From Candidatus Multivorans sp. (lineage in GTDB: Bacteria > Acidobacteriota > Thermoanaerobaculia > Multivoradales > Multivoraceae), in contig OZ245033.1 in assembly GCA_965224025.1 (NCBI GenBank), positions 160,001-224,000 of the forward strand: a stretch of DNA of 64,000 nucleotides, in the 5' to 3' direction. The notes under the pieces are model-generated. The model was not told the origin of the DNA. It did no database searches and worked only from the letters and a program-made list of their open reading frames with translations. Shown here piece by piece: positions 1 through 10,500 of this stretch. Each line of letters starts with the position of its first letter. Within the stretch, counting starts at the first letter, position 1. The position numbers and the translations under genes were made by a program.

Positions 1-633
1 TTCCTCACTGAAGAAGCCACCCTCGGGGCCGACGAGCAGGGCCGTCGGACCGTCGACGCCGAGCGGACATGGTTCGTCGCCTGCCGCGTCGGCAACCAGC
101 ACGTCATCTTGGTTCAGCACCAGGCCGGGCAGGGCTTCGATCAGGTCCCGCGACCGCACAAGGCATTCGATCTCCGGGAGCACCGTGTCCCGCGCCTGCG
201 CCAGGCCCAGCATCAGGTGGCGCCGCAACGCCCCCGGCCGCATCACCGAGCTCTGCCAGTAGCTCTTCTCGACCCGCGCCGTGTGGACGAGCAGGATCCG
301 CTTGACGCCCATCGCCGTCGCGCTTTGCAGGATGCGGCCCACGAACTTGGGCCTGGGCAGCGCGAGCACCAGGGTCACGGGCAAGGGCGCCGGGGGCTCC
401 TGATCGAGCGGTCCGAGTTCCACCACGACGCGCTCGCGGTTCAGCTCAACGATCCGCCCGCGACCGACGCCGACGCCGAGGCGGCCCACTTCCAGCGTGT
501 CGCCGACCTCCGCCCGCAGCACCTTCCGCACATGCAGGAGCCGTTCGCCCCGGACGACCGCACGCGCTGCCGGCCGCCGGCCGGAATCGGCTGCAAGATC
601 GAGGTCGCGATCCTCCAAGAGGAGCAGGTTCAT
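1..633 (-). CDS. rsmE: 16S rRNA m3U1498 methyltransferase RsmE (3' end runs off the window)
   Basis: Manual minus-strand translation from ATG at 633: MNLLLLED...HVRKVLRAEVGD...LALPRPKF...GVKRILLVHTARVEKSYWQS...LLVGPEGGF (SPOUT GPEGG motif). Not in the ORF track because it has no stop inside the window. Confidence 0.85.
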   Translation of the reverse strand, partial: MNLLLLEDRDLDLAADSGRRPAARAVVRGERLLHVRKVLRAEVGDTLEVGRLGVGVGRGRIVELNRERVVVELGPLDQEPPAPLPVTLVLALPRPKFVGRILQSATAMGVKRILLVHTARVEKSYWQSSVMRPGALRRHLMLGLAQARDTVLPEIECLVRSRDLIEALPGLVLNQDDVLVADAAGDEPCPLGVDGPTALLVGPEGGFFSEE

Positions 634-708
634 GCTGCTAGAGTCACGCGCTCAAACGACGCAGAGAGTTGCCTTCCAGAGACCACTGGCAGAGGAGGAC
701 GGAACCGT

Positions 709-1200
709 ATGGCAGCAGAGAAGTTCCCGATCGAGGCCGGACACATCATGATGTTCGCCCGCGCGGTCGGCGACCCGAACCCCATCTATCACGACGCGGA
801 GGCGGCGGCGGACACCGAGCCCGGCAACGTGATCGCCCCGCCAACCTTCTATCAGGCCTCGGCGCAGTTCGACCCGAACTACTTCCTGCGCCCCAAGATC
901 GGCGAACCGTGGTTCGGCTCCGGCAAGGAACCCACAGGCGTGCCGCCCACCCGCACCGGCGGCGACGGCGGCACGGGCCTGCACGCGGAGCAGCGCTTCG
1001 AGTACTTCCGGCACGTGAACCCGGGCGAGACGCTGACCATCAAGACGCGCCCCGGCAAGACCTGGGAACGGCAGGGCAAGCGCGGCGGCAAGCTCACCTT
1101 CAGCGAGAACATCACCGAGTACTTCGACGAATCCGGCGAACTCGTCGTGCGCGCCACCGGCGTGGGCGTGCGCACCGAGAAGGTCGTCGAGAGCGACTGA
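709..1200 (+). CDS. MaoC-like dehydratase, N-terminal-type hotdog subunit
   Basis: MAAEKFPIEAGHIMMFARAVGDPNPIY...APPTF...LHAEQRFEYFRHV; GAGGA SD upstream of ATG 709. Confidence 0.8.
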   Translation: MAAEKFPIEAGHIMMFARAVGDPNPIYHDAEAAADTEPGNVIAPPTFYQASAQFDPNYFLRPKIGEPWFGSGKEPTGVPPTRTGGDGGTGLHAEQRFEYFRHVNPGETLTIKTRPGKTWERQGKRGGKLTFSENITEYFDESGELVVRATGVGVRTEKVVESD

Positions 1201-1211
1201 GGAGAGAACAG

Positions 1212-1634
1212 ATGGCACTTCAGGCAAGCAAGGTCCAGGTCGGCGACACCTACACCCAGAAGCTCACGGAAGACCTCTCCCGCACGCAGATCGTCCAGTA
1301 CGCGGGCGCCTCGGGCGACTACAACCCGCTCCACTCGGACGAGATCTTCACCACCAAGGTGGCGAAGTACCCCACCGTCTTCGCCCACGGCATGCTCACG
1401 ATGGGCATGACCGGCCGCATGGTCACCGACTTCGTCGGCGACGGCAGGCTGACGGCCTACGGCGTCCGCTTCACGCGCCAGGTCTGGCCCGGCGACAGCC
1501 TGAGCGCGACCGCGACCATCGATGCCGTGCGCGAAGAGGACGGCCAGCACCTCGTCGACCTGTCGGTCACGACGGTGAACCAGGACGGCGAGGTGGTCGT
1601 GATGGGGAAGGCGACGGCTCGGGTCGATCCGTAG
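1212..1634 (+). CDS. MaoC-family (R)-enoyl-CoA hydratase, catalytic hotdog subunit
   Basis: YAGASGDYNPLHSD...AHGML hydratase-2 motif; follows the partner gene by 11 nt. Confidence 0.85.
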   Translation: MALQASKVQVGDTYTQKLTEDLSRTQIVQYAGASGDYNPLHSDEIFTTKVAKYPTVFAHGMLTMGMTGRMVTDFVGDGRLTAYGVRFTRQVWPGDSLSATATIDAVREEDGQHLVDLSVTTVNQDGEVVVMGKATARVDP

Positions 1635-1670
1635 GACGCAGAAGGTCGCCGCTGCGCGGCGGCGCTTTCC

Positions 1671-1694
1671 TCCCCGGGTCAGAAGACCCGGGGA
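1671..1694. terminator. Hairpin between convergent genes, possible bidirectional terminator
   Basis: TCCCCGGGTC-AGAA-GACCCGGGGA perfect 10-bp stem. Confidence 0.5.
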
Positions 1695-1741
1695 CACTGC
1701 AGGGCGGCGGCGCGGATCGACCCGTAGGCGGAGGCGCGCCC

Positions 1742-2827
1742 CTAGTCGCGCACCACCTGTTGGCGCAGGGCGTGGTCGGCCAGCGCCAGCGCCACCATCG
1801 CCTCGCCCATGGGGACGAAGCGCGGCAGCAGGCAGGGGTCGTGGCGGCCCTTGGTGGCGATGGTCGTCGGCTCGCCGGCACGGGTCACCGTGTCCTGGGG
1901 CTGCGGCAGGCTGCTGGTCGGCTTGACCGCGCAGCGGAGCACGATCGGCTGGCCTGAGGAGATACCGCCCAGCATGCCGCCGTGGCGGTTGCCGCGGGTG
2001 GCCACCCGGCCTGCCCGCATCTCGAACGGATCGTTGTTCTCGCTGCCGCGGGCGCGCGCGACCCCGAAGCCGGCACCGTACTCGACGCCCAGCACCGCCG
2101 GCAGGCTGAACAGCGCCTTGCCCAGGTCCGCCTTGAGCTTGTCGAACACCGGTTCGCCCCAGCCCGGCGGCACGCCGGTGGCCACGAGTTCCGAGATGCC
2201 GCCGACCGAGTCGCGCTCCGAGCGCATCCGCTCGATCAGTTCCGCCATCCGCGCCGCGGCCTCCTGGTCCGGGCAACGCACCGGGTTCGCCTCGACCTGG
2301 TCGAGCGTGACCGCGGCCGGATCCTCGATCCGAGCCTCGATGTTGCCGATCCGCCTCACGTAGCCGACGATCCCGACCCCCCAACGCTCCCGCAACAGCT
2401 TCTTCGCCACCGCCGCCGCCGCCACCCGCACCGATGTCTCGCGGGCACTGGAGCGTCCGCCGCCCCGGTAGTCGCGAAAGCCGTACTTCGCGTCGAACGT
2501 GTAGTCGGCGTGGCCCGGGCGGTACTTGTCCTTGATCTCGCTGTAGTCCTTCGGACGCTGGTCCCGGTTCTCGATCAGAAAGGCGATCGACGTGCCGGTC
2601 GTCTTGCCCTCGAACACGCCGGACAGGATGCGGCACTGGTCCGGTTCGTTCCGCTGCGTCGTCAATCTCGACTGACCCGGCCGGCGGCGGTCGAGGTCCG
2701 GCTGCAGATCGGCCTCCGACAACTTGAGACCGGGCGGAATGCCGTCGAGGATGCCGAGGTAGCCCGGCCCGTGGCTCTCGCCGGCCGTGGTGAGCCGCAG
2801 GGAGGATCCGAACGTGTTTCCGGCCAT
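1742..2827 (-). CDS. aroC: Chorismate synthase
   Basis: [25 protein letters not shown] and GRHDPC signature motifs. Confidence 0.97.
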   Translation of the reverse strand: MAGNTFGSSLRLTTAGESHGPGYLGILDGIPPGLKLSEADLQPDLDRRRPGQSRLTTQRNEPDQCRILSGVFEGKTTGTSIAFLIENRDQRPKDYSEIKDKYRPGHADYTFDAKYGFRDYRGGGRSSARETSVRVAAAAVAKKLLRERWGVGIVGYVRRIGNIEARIEDPAAVTLDQVEANPVRCPDQEAAARMAELIERMRSERDSVGGISELVATGVPPGWGEPVFDKLKADLGKALFSLPAVLGVEYGAGFGVARARGSENNDPFEMRAGRVATRGNRHGGMLGGISSGQPIVLRCAVKPTSSLPQPQDTVTRAGEPTTIATKGRHDPCLLPRFVPMGEAMVALALADHALRQQVVRD

Positions 2828-2872
2828 GACAGGGGCACTCTGCCACAGCCGTGCCGCGGAGCGGCGACCGCC

Positions 2873-3595
2873 TTACCGGCCGGGGACGATCTCGCCCGCT
2901 TCGATCTCCAGATCGAGGCCGGGAACGGATAGACGGTCGCTGCCGGAGTGAGTGGACGACTCGACGTAGCCGTCCGGCCCGGGCAAGCGGTAGACATCGA
3001 CCGTGTCCGCACGCAGGTCGACGACCCAGACCTCGGCGACGCCGTTGCGGGCGTACAGCCCCAGCTTCTCTCCGCGGTCGTAGTCGAGGCTCGAGTCCGC
3101 CAACTCGATGACGACCAGCGTGTCCCGCGGGCCGGGATGCTGGCTGGCATACCCGTCACTCCGCCAACGAAGCAGGGCGATATCCGGCTGCGGCTCGGAC
3201 GAATCGTCCAACCGCAACGGGTTCTGGGGTGCAACGGTCACCCGGCCCCGCGCGGCGGGGACGAGAAGTTCATTGAGCCGGTTCAGGCAGCCGGCATGGC
3301 GGCTGCCGACAGGTGACATCAATACGATTTCTCCCGCGATCAGTTCCACACGGTCGTCCTCGCCAAGGATGCCGGCCTCCGCCATGGCGTAGTACTCGTC
3401 TACGTTGAACAATCGTGGTGCGGGCGGCGCAGCGTGCTTCCGGATGATCGTCCCCTCGATCAGCTCCAGCTTCTCTTCGTGATGCAGGATGTCCGCCCGC
3501 GCCATCGCGTAGTACTCGCGCACGTTGAACCGTCGCCTCGCCGGCCCCTCGCCGGTCAGGCCCTTCTCCAATTCACGCGCCGCGATGGTCATCAT
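2873..3595 (-). CDS. Uma2-family PD-(D/E)xK endonuclease with duplicated N-terminal segment
   Basis: F.V.EYYAMA...ELI.G.I occurs twice; EPQPDIALL, LVVIELADSSLDYDRGEKLGLYARNGVAEVWVVDL. Confidence 0.85.
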   Translation of the reverse strand: MMTIAARELEKGLTGEGPARRRFNVREYYAMARADILHHEEKLELIEGTIIRKHAAPPAPRLFNVDEYYAMAEAGILGEDDRVELIAGEIVLMSPVGSRHAGCLNRLNELLVPAARGRVTVAPQNPLRLDDSSEPQPDIALLRWRSDGYASQHPGPRDTLVVIELADSSLDYDRGEKLGLYARNGVAEVWVVDLRADTVDVYRLPGPDGYVESSTHSGSDRLSVPGLDLEIEAGEIVPGR

Positions 3596-3645
3596 CAGGG
3601 ATCATACCGGCCGGAACGGGCCGGATCGGGCGTAGACTCGTACGG

Positions 3646-4572
3646 ATGGAGCTTCACGCGCAGGCCATGCACAGCGGACCTCAAGCCGCTTCATTCGACT
3701 CGCCGCCCATCGACGCGGTCGGTGTCGAGGAACGGGTGGCGAGGCTCTGCTCGCGCTCCATCAAGAAGGACGCCAAACTCCAGGCGCTGCACCTGACCCT
3801 GTCGATGATCGACCTGACGACGCTCGAGGGCGCCGACTCGGAGGGCAAGGTCGGGCAGCTCTGCGCCAAGGCGCTGCAGCTTCACGCGGCGCTGCCGGAT
3901 CTGCCGCACGTCGCCGCGGTCTGCGTCTACCCGGCCCTGGTCGGCGTCGCCAGGCGGGCGCTCGAAGGCAGCGGCATCCACGTCGCCTCGGTCGCCACCA
4001 GCTTCCCCGCCGGGCAGGCGCCACTGGAGATCAAGTTGCTGGAGGTGCGGAAAGCCGTCGAGGCCGGCGCGGACGAGGTCGACATGGTCATCTCCCGCGG
4101 GCGCTTCCTGGCCGGCGACTTCGCCTACACGGCGGACGAGATCGCCTCGGTCAAGGAGGCCTGCGGCGACGCCCACCTCAAGGTGATCCTCGAGACCGGC
4201 GAACTCGGCACCCTCGACGCGGTGCGCCGCGCCTCGGACCTGGCGATGCGCTCCGGCGCCGACTTCATCAAGACCTCGACCGGCAAGATCAAGCCCGCCG
4301 CCACGATGCCGGTGGTGCTCGTCATGCTGGAGGCGATCCGCGACCACTACCTCAAGACGGGCCAGCGAATCGGAATGAAGCCCGCCGGCGGAATCTCCAC
4401 CGCCAAGGACGCGATCCGGCACCTGGTCATGGTGCGGGAAACGCTGGGCCAGGACTGGCTCGACCCGGACCTCTACCGGTTCGGAGCGAGTTCGCTCGCA
4501 AACGACGTCCTGCGGCAGATCGTCAAGCAGCGGAGCGGCATCTACCAGTCCTTCGACGACTTCTCCCTCTGA
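3646..4572 (+). CDS. deoC: Deoxyribose-phosphate aldolase
   Basis: IDLTTLEG, AAVCVYP, GADEVDMVI, LKVILETGEL, ADFIKTSTGK, KPAGGI, RFGASSL. Confidence 0.95.
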   Translation: MELHAQAMHSGPQAASFDSPPIDAVGVEERVARLCSRSIKKDAKLQALHLTLSMIDLTTLEGADSEGKVGQLCAKALQLHAALPDLPHVAAVCVYPALVGVARRALEGSGIHVASVATSFPAGQAPLEIKLLEVRKAVEAGADEVDMVISRGRFLAGDFAYTADEIASVKEACGDAHLKVILETGELGTLDAVRRASDLAMRSGADFIKTSTGKIKPAATMPVVLVMLEAIRDHYLKTGQRIGMKPAGGISTAKDAIRHLVMVRETLGQDWLDPDLYRFGASSLANDVLRQIVKQRSGIYQSFDDFSL

Positions 4573-4592
4573 AGGAAAGGTGACGAGAGTTC

Positions 4593-6092
4593 ATGGCCAG
4601 CAGCGCAACATCCGCAGGAATCGCCCCGTTACGGCTCGGCGGCGACGACGGCTGGGCCTACGCGCCAGCACCCGAATCGACCGACCACGTCGAGCTGCGG
4701 GACCGCTACGGCCTGTTCATCGACGGTGAGTTCACGGACGCGGCCGACGGCCAGACCTTCGAGACGACGAACCCGGCCACCGAGCAGAAGATCGCCGACG
4801 TGGCGCTGGCCTCCGATGTCGATGTCGACACCGCGGTGGCCGCGGCACGGCGCGCCTACGAGGACGTCTGGTCGAAGCTGGCGCCGCGGGAGCGCGGCAA
4901 GTACGTCTACCGCATCGCGCGGGTGCTCCAGGAACGCGGCCGCGAACTCGCGATCACCGAGTCCCTCGACGGCGGCAAGCCGATCCGCGAATCGCGGGAT
5001 GTCGACATTCCGCTCGCGGCAGCGCATTTCTTCTACTACGCCGGCTGGGCCGACAAGGTCGACTACGCCTTCCCCGGCCGGGGCGCCCGTTCCCTCGGCG
5101 TCGCCGGCCAGGTCATCCCGTGGAACTTCCCGCTGCTCATGGCGGCCTGGAAGATCGCGCCGGCGCTGGCTGCCGGAAACACGGTGGTGCTCAAGCCGGC
5201 CGAGACCACGCCGCTCACGGCGCTCAAGCTGGCTGAGATCGTCCGCGACGCCGGGCTGCCGCCCGGGGTCGTCAACATCGTCACCGGCGCCGGCGAGACC
5301 GGCGCCTCCGTGGTCCAGCACGACGACGTCGACAAAGTCGCCTTCACCGGCTCCACCGAGGTCGGCAAACTGATCCGGCACGCGCTCGCCGGTACCGGCA
5401 AGCACTACACCCTGGAACTCGGCGGCAAGGCGGCGAACCTGGTGTTCGAGGACGCCGCCATCGACCAGGCGGTCGAGGGCATCGTCAACGGCATCTTCTT
5501 CAACCAGGGGCACGTCTGTTGCGCCGGTTCGCGCCTCCTGGTCCAGGAATCGGTCGCCGACGAGGTGATCGCCAAGCTGAAGGACCGGATGGAGACCCTG
5601 ATCGTCGGCGATCCGCTGGACAAGAACACCGACATCGGCGCGATCAACTCGCGCGCCCAGCTCGACAAGATCGAGGAGTACCTGGGGATAGGCGAGAACG
5701 AAGGCGCCGAGCCGTTTCAGACCTCGTGCCCGGTACCCGAACGCGGCTACTGGTGCCGTCCCACGCTGTTCCTGCGCGCCTCGCAGTCCCACCGCGTCGT
5801 CCAGGAGGAAATCTTCGGCCCCGTGCTCGCGGTGCAGACGTTCCGCACGGTGGACGAGGGCATCGCGATGGCGAACAACACGCCCTACGGCCTCTCCGGC
5901 GGCGTCTGGAGCGACAAGGGCGCCAAGGCCTTCCGGGTCACGAGCCGGATCCGCGCCGGCGTCCTGTGGGCCAACACGTACAACAAGTTCGATCCGACCG
6001 CGCCGTTCGGCGGCTACAAGGAGAGCGGCATCGGCCGCGAGGGCGGGCTGAGCGGCCTGCAGGCCTATCTGCGGCCGGAGGAGGCGGCATGA
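4593..6092 (+). CDS. Aldehyde dehydrogenase (full length)
   Basis: PWNFPL, KPAETTP, FTGSTEVG, LELGGK, FNQGHVCCAGSR (catalytic Cys), EEIFGPV, PFGGYKESG. Confidence 0.95.
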   Translation: MASSATSAGIAPLRLGGDDGWAYAPAPESTDHVELRDRYGLFIDGEFTDAADGQTFETTNPATEQKIADVALASDVDVDTAVAAARRAYEDVWSKLAPRERGKYVYRIARVLQERGRELAITESLDGGKPIRESRDVDIPLAAAHFFYYAGWADKVDYAFPGRGARSLGVAGQVIPWNFPLLMAAWKIAPALAAGNTVVLKPAETTPLTALKLAEIVRDAGLPPGVVNIVTGAGETGASVVQHDDVDKVAFTGSTEVGKLIRHALAGTGKHYTLELGGKAANLVFEDAAIDQAVEGIVNGIFFNQGHVCCAGSRLLVQESVADEVIAKLKDRMETLIVGDPLDKNTDIGAINSRAQLDKIEEYLGIGENEGAEPFQTSCPVPERGYWCRPTLFLRASQSHRVVQEEIFGPVLAVQTFRTVDEGIAMANNTPYGLSGGVWSDKGAKAFRVTSRIRAGVLWANTYNKFDPTAPFGGYKESGIGREGGLSGLQAYLRPEEAA

Positions 6093-6967
6093 GCGACCCG
6101 CGACCCGCCACCGCGACCGACCGGCTGCCGGTGCTCAAGACCCACAAGGTCTACGTCGGCGGCAAGTTCCCGCGCTCCGAGTCCGGGCGCTTCGACCGCG
6201 CGCTGGCGCCGGACGGTCGACCGATCGCGAACATATGCCGCTGCTCGCGCAAGGACGTGCGCGACGCGGTGACGGCGGCGCGCGCCGCCCAGGCGGGCTG
6301 GGCCGCACGCACGGCGTACAACCGCGGCCAGATCCTCTACCGGATCGCCGAGATGCTCGAGGGACGGAGCGCCCAATTCGAGGCTCTGCTCGGGGCGGGC
6401 GGCGCGACCCCGGAGAGCGCGGCGGCCGAGGTCCAGGCCGCGGTCGACCGGCTCGTCCACTACGCCGGATGGACGGACAAGTTCCAGCAGATCTTCTCGA
6501 GCGTCAACCCCGTCGCAACGAAGCACTTCAACTTCTCGATCCTCGAGCCCATGGGCGTGGTCGGCGTGCTGGCGCCCGAATCGCCCCTGCTCGGCCTGGT
6601 GTCGGCCACCGCGCCCGCAATCGCCGGCGGCAACACGACGGTGGTGCTGATCACCGGCAGTCAGCCGCTTCCGGCAGTGACCTTCGGCGAGGTCCTCAAC
6701 TCCTCCGACGTACCCGGCGGCGTCGTCAACCTCCTGACCGGCCGGCGCGGGGAGATGCTCGCCCCGCTCGCCGCCCATCGCGACGTCGACGCACTGCTCC
6801 TCTGTACCTCCGACCCGGAGATCGCCAAGGCCGCCGAGATCGAGGCCGTCCACAACCTCAAGCGCGTCCTGCATCGCCGCTACGAGGACTGGGCGGACGT
6901 CCAGAACCCTTACGAAATCACCGGCCTGCAGGAAGTGAAGACGACATGGCATCCGATCGGGAGTTGA
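6089..6967 (+). CDS. Short aldehyde-dehydrogenase-like protein (NAD-binding domain, no catalytic domain)
   Basis: ATGA overlap with the preceding stop; KVYVGGKFPRSESGR...YNRGQILYRIAEMLEGR...GVVNLLTG...KTTWHPIG; no ELGGK or catalytic Cys. Confidence 0.85.
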   Translation: MSDPRPATATDRLPVLKTHKVYVGGKFPRSESGRFDRALAPDGRPIANICRCSRKDVRDAVTAARAAQAGWAARTAYNRGQILYRIAEMLEGRSAQFEALLGAGGATPESAAAEVQAAVDRLVHYAGWTDKFQQIFSSVNPVATKHFNFSILEPMGVVGVLAPESPLLGLVSATAPAIAGGNTTVVLITGSQPLPAVTFGEVLNSSDVPGGVVNLLTGRRGEMLAPLAAHRDVDALLLCTSDPEIAKAAEIEAVHNLKRVLHRRYEDWADVQNPYEITGLQEVKTTWHPIGS

Positions 6968-7473
6968 ACGGCGGCGCCATCGAGACGGCGTCCCCCGTGG
7001 AACCAACTGAACCGCCCGAAGCCGGTGAGATGGAACTCCCGCTCCACGCCCGCAACCGCGCCGCGGAGATCGTCAAGTCGCCGGAGAAGCTCCGGGACAT
7101 GGTTGCGGAGGCGAGGGCGAAGGCGTACACGGCGGGCAGTTCGTCCAACCCCCTCAGCGGTGTGATCGAGGACCTGAAGACCCTGTTCGAGATGCTGAGG
7201 GCGGTCGCCAGGGGCTCCTACCGCCTCCGAAAGGAGACTCTGATCCTCGTCGCCGGCGCGGTCCTCTACTTCGTGATTCCGATCGACGTCATTCCTGATT
7301 TCATCCCGGTGGCAGGTTTCCTCGACGACGCCGCGGTGATCGCCTGGGTGGTCAAGACCTGCAAGGGCGAGATCGATCTCTTCAGGGCTCTGACGGTAAA
7401 TGGCGGAGGCTCCGCGGCGGCCTCCGCCGAGCCGGCCGAGCCGAGAGCCGAGTCTCCCCAAGCGACGTCCTAG
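6946..7473 (+). CDS. YkvA/DUF1232 family membrane protein (start uncertain: 6946 or 7030)
   Basis: GAVLYFVIPIDVIPDFIPVAGFLDDAAVI motif. Confidence 0.85.
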   Translation: MASDRELNGGAIETASPVEPTEPPEAGEMELPLHARNRAAEIVKSPEKLRDMVAEARAKAYTAGSSSNPLSGVIEDLKTLFEMLRAVARGSYRLRKETLILVAGAVLYFVIPIDVIPDFIPVAGFLDDAAVIAWVVKTCKGEIDLFRALTVNGGGSAAASAEPAEPRAESPQATS

Positions 7474-7548
7474 CGGTACCAGCCGAACTGCCTTGAAGCT
7501 GATGGCGGCGATTCCCGGAATTCCTACGCCGGCTCTTCCGATTTCAGA

Positions 7549-10500
7549 ATGTTGACTCCCACGAACGGAGCCGTAGCACCAACCGCCGAAGGCCCGCGAG
7601 GCCATTCGCCGGAAAGACGGGAGGGGGATCGACTCGTCGAGGCACAAGCGAGGCGGCAAGTGCAGACGTTCTTCGACGAACTGAAGAACGGGACCCGGAA
7701 CTACCGGACAGTCGCCAGCCTGAGCGGCCAGATCACGCAGGAGTATCGAGGCCGCTGCGTCCTGGAACTCCTGCAGAACGCCCACGACGCGCTCGCCGGC
7801 GCCCGGCCGGACGACCCACGCAGGATCTCCTTCGTGCTCGCTACCGAGCCCGAACCGGTGCTCCTGATCGCCAACAGCGGCCGCCCGTTCCGCCATGAGG
7901 ATTTTGAGGGAATCTGCCAACTCGGCCAAAGCCCCAAGGATCCCAACGAGAGCGTCGGCAACAAGGGCCTCGGCTTCCAGAGCGTGCTCGAAGTCTCGAC
8001 GCGGCCCCAGATCTGGTCCATGACGGCCGAAGCGGGCGACCCGGAGTTCGTCTTCGGTTTCGACCCCGCCGGGACGGAGCGCCTCGTAGAGCAGGCTCTC
8101 GCCGAGATCGAGAGTGGTCTCTCGCCTCCACATGCCGCTACCGGTCGACGAATCATCAACTGGTCGGAAGAACAAGTGCACGACTACCAGAACGGCGATG
8201 GGTCCGGCGGAGCGGTCGACGCCGCTCGCGAAGCCCGGAAGTACGTGTCGCCATACTCGATCCCACTGCCGATCGAAGAAACGCCCCCGGAGGTAGCCGA
8301 GCTTCTCGATGCGGGTCACGCAACGGTCATCCGGCTGCGGCTCGACGGTGGCAGAACCGGCGCATTGGACAAGGCTGTCGAGTCCATCGGGGACTCTGAT
8401 CGGGCTGCAGGTGCTTCTGCCGACCGGCGGCGCGCAGTGGACGAGGCGGTCGAGTCGATTAGGGACCAACTCAACCGACTGGACGCCCGCTCGGCTGTCT
8501 TCCTGCCGGACCTCGAGAGACTGACCATAGACGTGGACGGAGAGAGCCGCATCCTCGAGCGCATCGTCGACTCCAGCGCTGACCTGCCGGGATCGCGACC
8601 TGCACGCGAGCAAGTGCTGCTGGTCGGTCGTTCAGCCGGAAGCGCCCTCGACGAAACGACGCGGGAGTTCCGCGTATGGTCGCGCGGCCTGGGAGGCGAC
8701 CGCGATCCCGCGGAAGCGCGACGAATCCGGGACGCCGTCAAACACCTGCCGAACCGTTGGCCCGAGGTTCGACAAGTCAAGGTCGGTGTAGCGGTCGAGG
8801 ACAGCAGTACCCCAGAACCCGGCGCGTTCGTCATCTTTCTGCCCACTGAAGTCGGCACCGGCACCGGAGCGCACATCAACGCCCCGTTCTACGGCTCGCT
8901 CGACCGCCGCCAGATCAACTTCAACGACGAATACAACGCGCTGCTCATCGAGTACGTGAAGGATCTGGCGCTCGACGTGGCCACCGAACTCGCGGCGGGA
9001 CCGACCGAAGGCTGGCGCGCGCGAGCGGTCATCGACTTGCTGGCCTCCGCCGGCCCGAGACCCGCAGACGGGCGACCGCCCCTCATGGACCAGATGCGCC
9101 AGCGGGCGGAGGACACGCAACGGGATCTCGACAAGGCCGCCCTGCTTCTTTGCGACGACGGTTGGCGGAGGGCCGAAAGCGCGAGGACCATGCCCGACGT
9201 TCCCGGCGACGGCGCGCTGGGCGCGGCCCGATGGCGCGAGAGCGCGGCGTTCGATGTCGTCTCTTCCGAGCTCGACGGCCGCCGCAAGAAGGTCGAAGCG
9301 CTTCTTGACTGTCTCGGCGGATCGTCTGCACCGACGCCGGCCGAGTGGGCGCATACGGTCGAGCGGCTCGCGGATCGCATTCACCGCGGCGAGATAGACG
9401 CCTCCTGGGACGCGTTTCTGAGGAGTCTGCAAACCGTCCTGCCCCGGGAGGTCCGATCCGAACCCAAGGCCGGGGCGGCCGACCCGCTCGCAACCGCGAA
9501 GTTCCTTCCCACCCGTGACAGCCGCGTCCTCTCCGCCTCCGGCGACCTCCAGATCTTCTTCCGGCCGCGTAGGGGATTCGACGACGCGACGGAGTTCGCC
9601 GCCCTGGTTCCCGAGTCGCTCGCGGACCGCATCGCGTTCCTTCACGACGGCGTGAGGACCCATGAGGGTCCGCAGCGGCGGACCGAAGTCCAGGCCTTCC
9701 TCAGCGGACGGAACGGACGCTTTGTCCAGAGCTTCCGACGAGAAGACCTTCTCCGGGATGTGGTCCTTCCGGCACTCCCCGAGTTGCCCGTGGAACACGG
9801 TACACCAGAGGCCGGGCGCTGCTCCGAGATCCTGGGATGGACCCTCTTGCTGCTTGGCGGTGAAGAGCTGGAAGCGGTCGAGGACCTACTGAGACGTCTG
9901 CCCGTAGCCTGCTACGGCGGTTGGTTGGCGGCCGGCAGAGCCGTCTTCGGCCGGGGGTGGCAAGGTCAGCATGGCGAGTGCCTCCAGACTCTGGTCGACG
10001 GTCTGCCCGACGGTAGGCGCCGTCTACTCGACCAAGCACTCCTGCCGCCACAGGACCGGCGGTGGGGCCTCTCCGCCGCAGCTCCGAACGGACTGCTCGA
10101 AAGAGCCGGGGTCGTCGACGGACTCCCGATGGAAACCGCGGAACCAGTTCTCTTCGCGATGTCCGCGAAGTATCGGGAGTTGCCGCGGAACGCGCCCCAA
10201 GGCATTCCCCAAGACGCATGGGACGACTGGCTCGACGCCGTGGAGACGGAGTTGAAGCCAGAGATCAAGAGTCGGACCGCCTACCGGCTCGACAACGTCC
10301 ACGTGACGTCCGAGATCCACTACCTGCACGATCTCCAGGACCGAGCGCGAGAAGCTCTCTCCGACCTGATCCTCTCTTCTCTCGACAAGTGGGACGATGA
10401 CTGGGAGTCCGCGAGGTTCCTGAGACCGCGCTATCCGGCCGCCGCGAAGCGCGTCGCTTCTCCCCTGCGCCACTGGCTAACGACCCTCCCGTGGCTCCAC

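Noticed and set aside
879-2846. Long alternative-frame and antisense ORFs (e.g. 655 aa here; also 26669-28561, 28648-30624, 42485-44707, 50510-52525)
   Set aside because: They are Arg/Pro/Gly-rich shadow ORFs overlapping well-supported genes, as expected in high-GC DNA with few stop codons.
8366-8467. Short internal duplication in the sacsin-like gene (LDKAVESIGD / VDEAVESIRD)
   Set aside because: It is an in-frame, diverged, small loop duplication with no evident functional signal.
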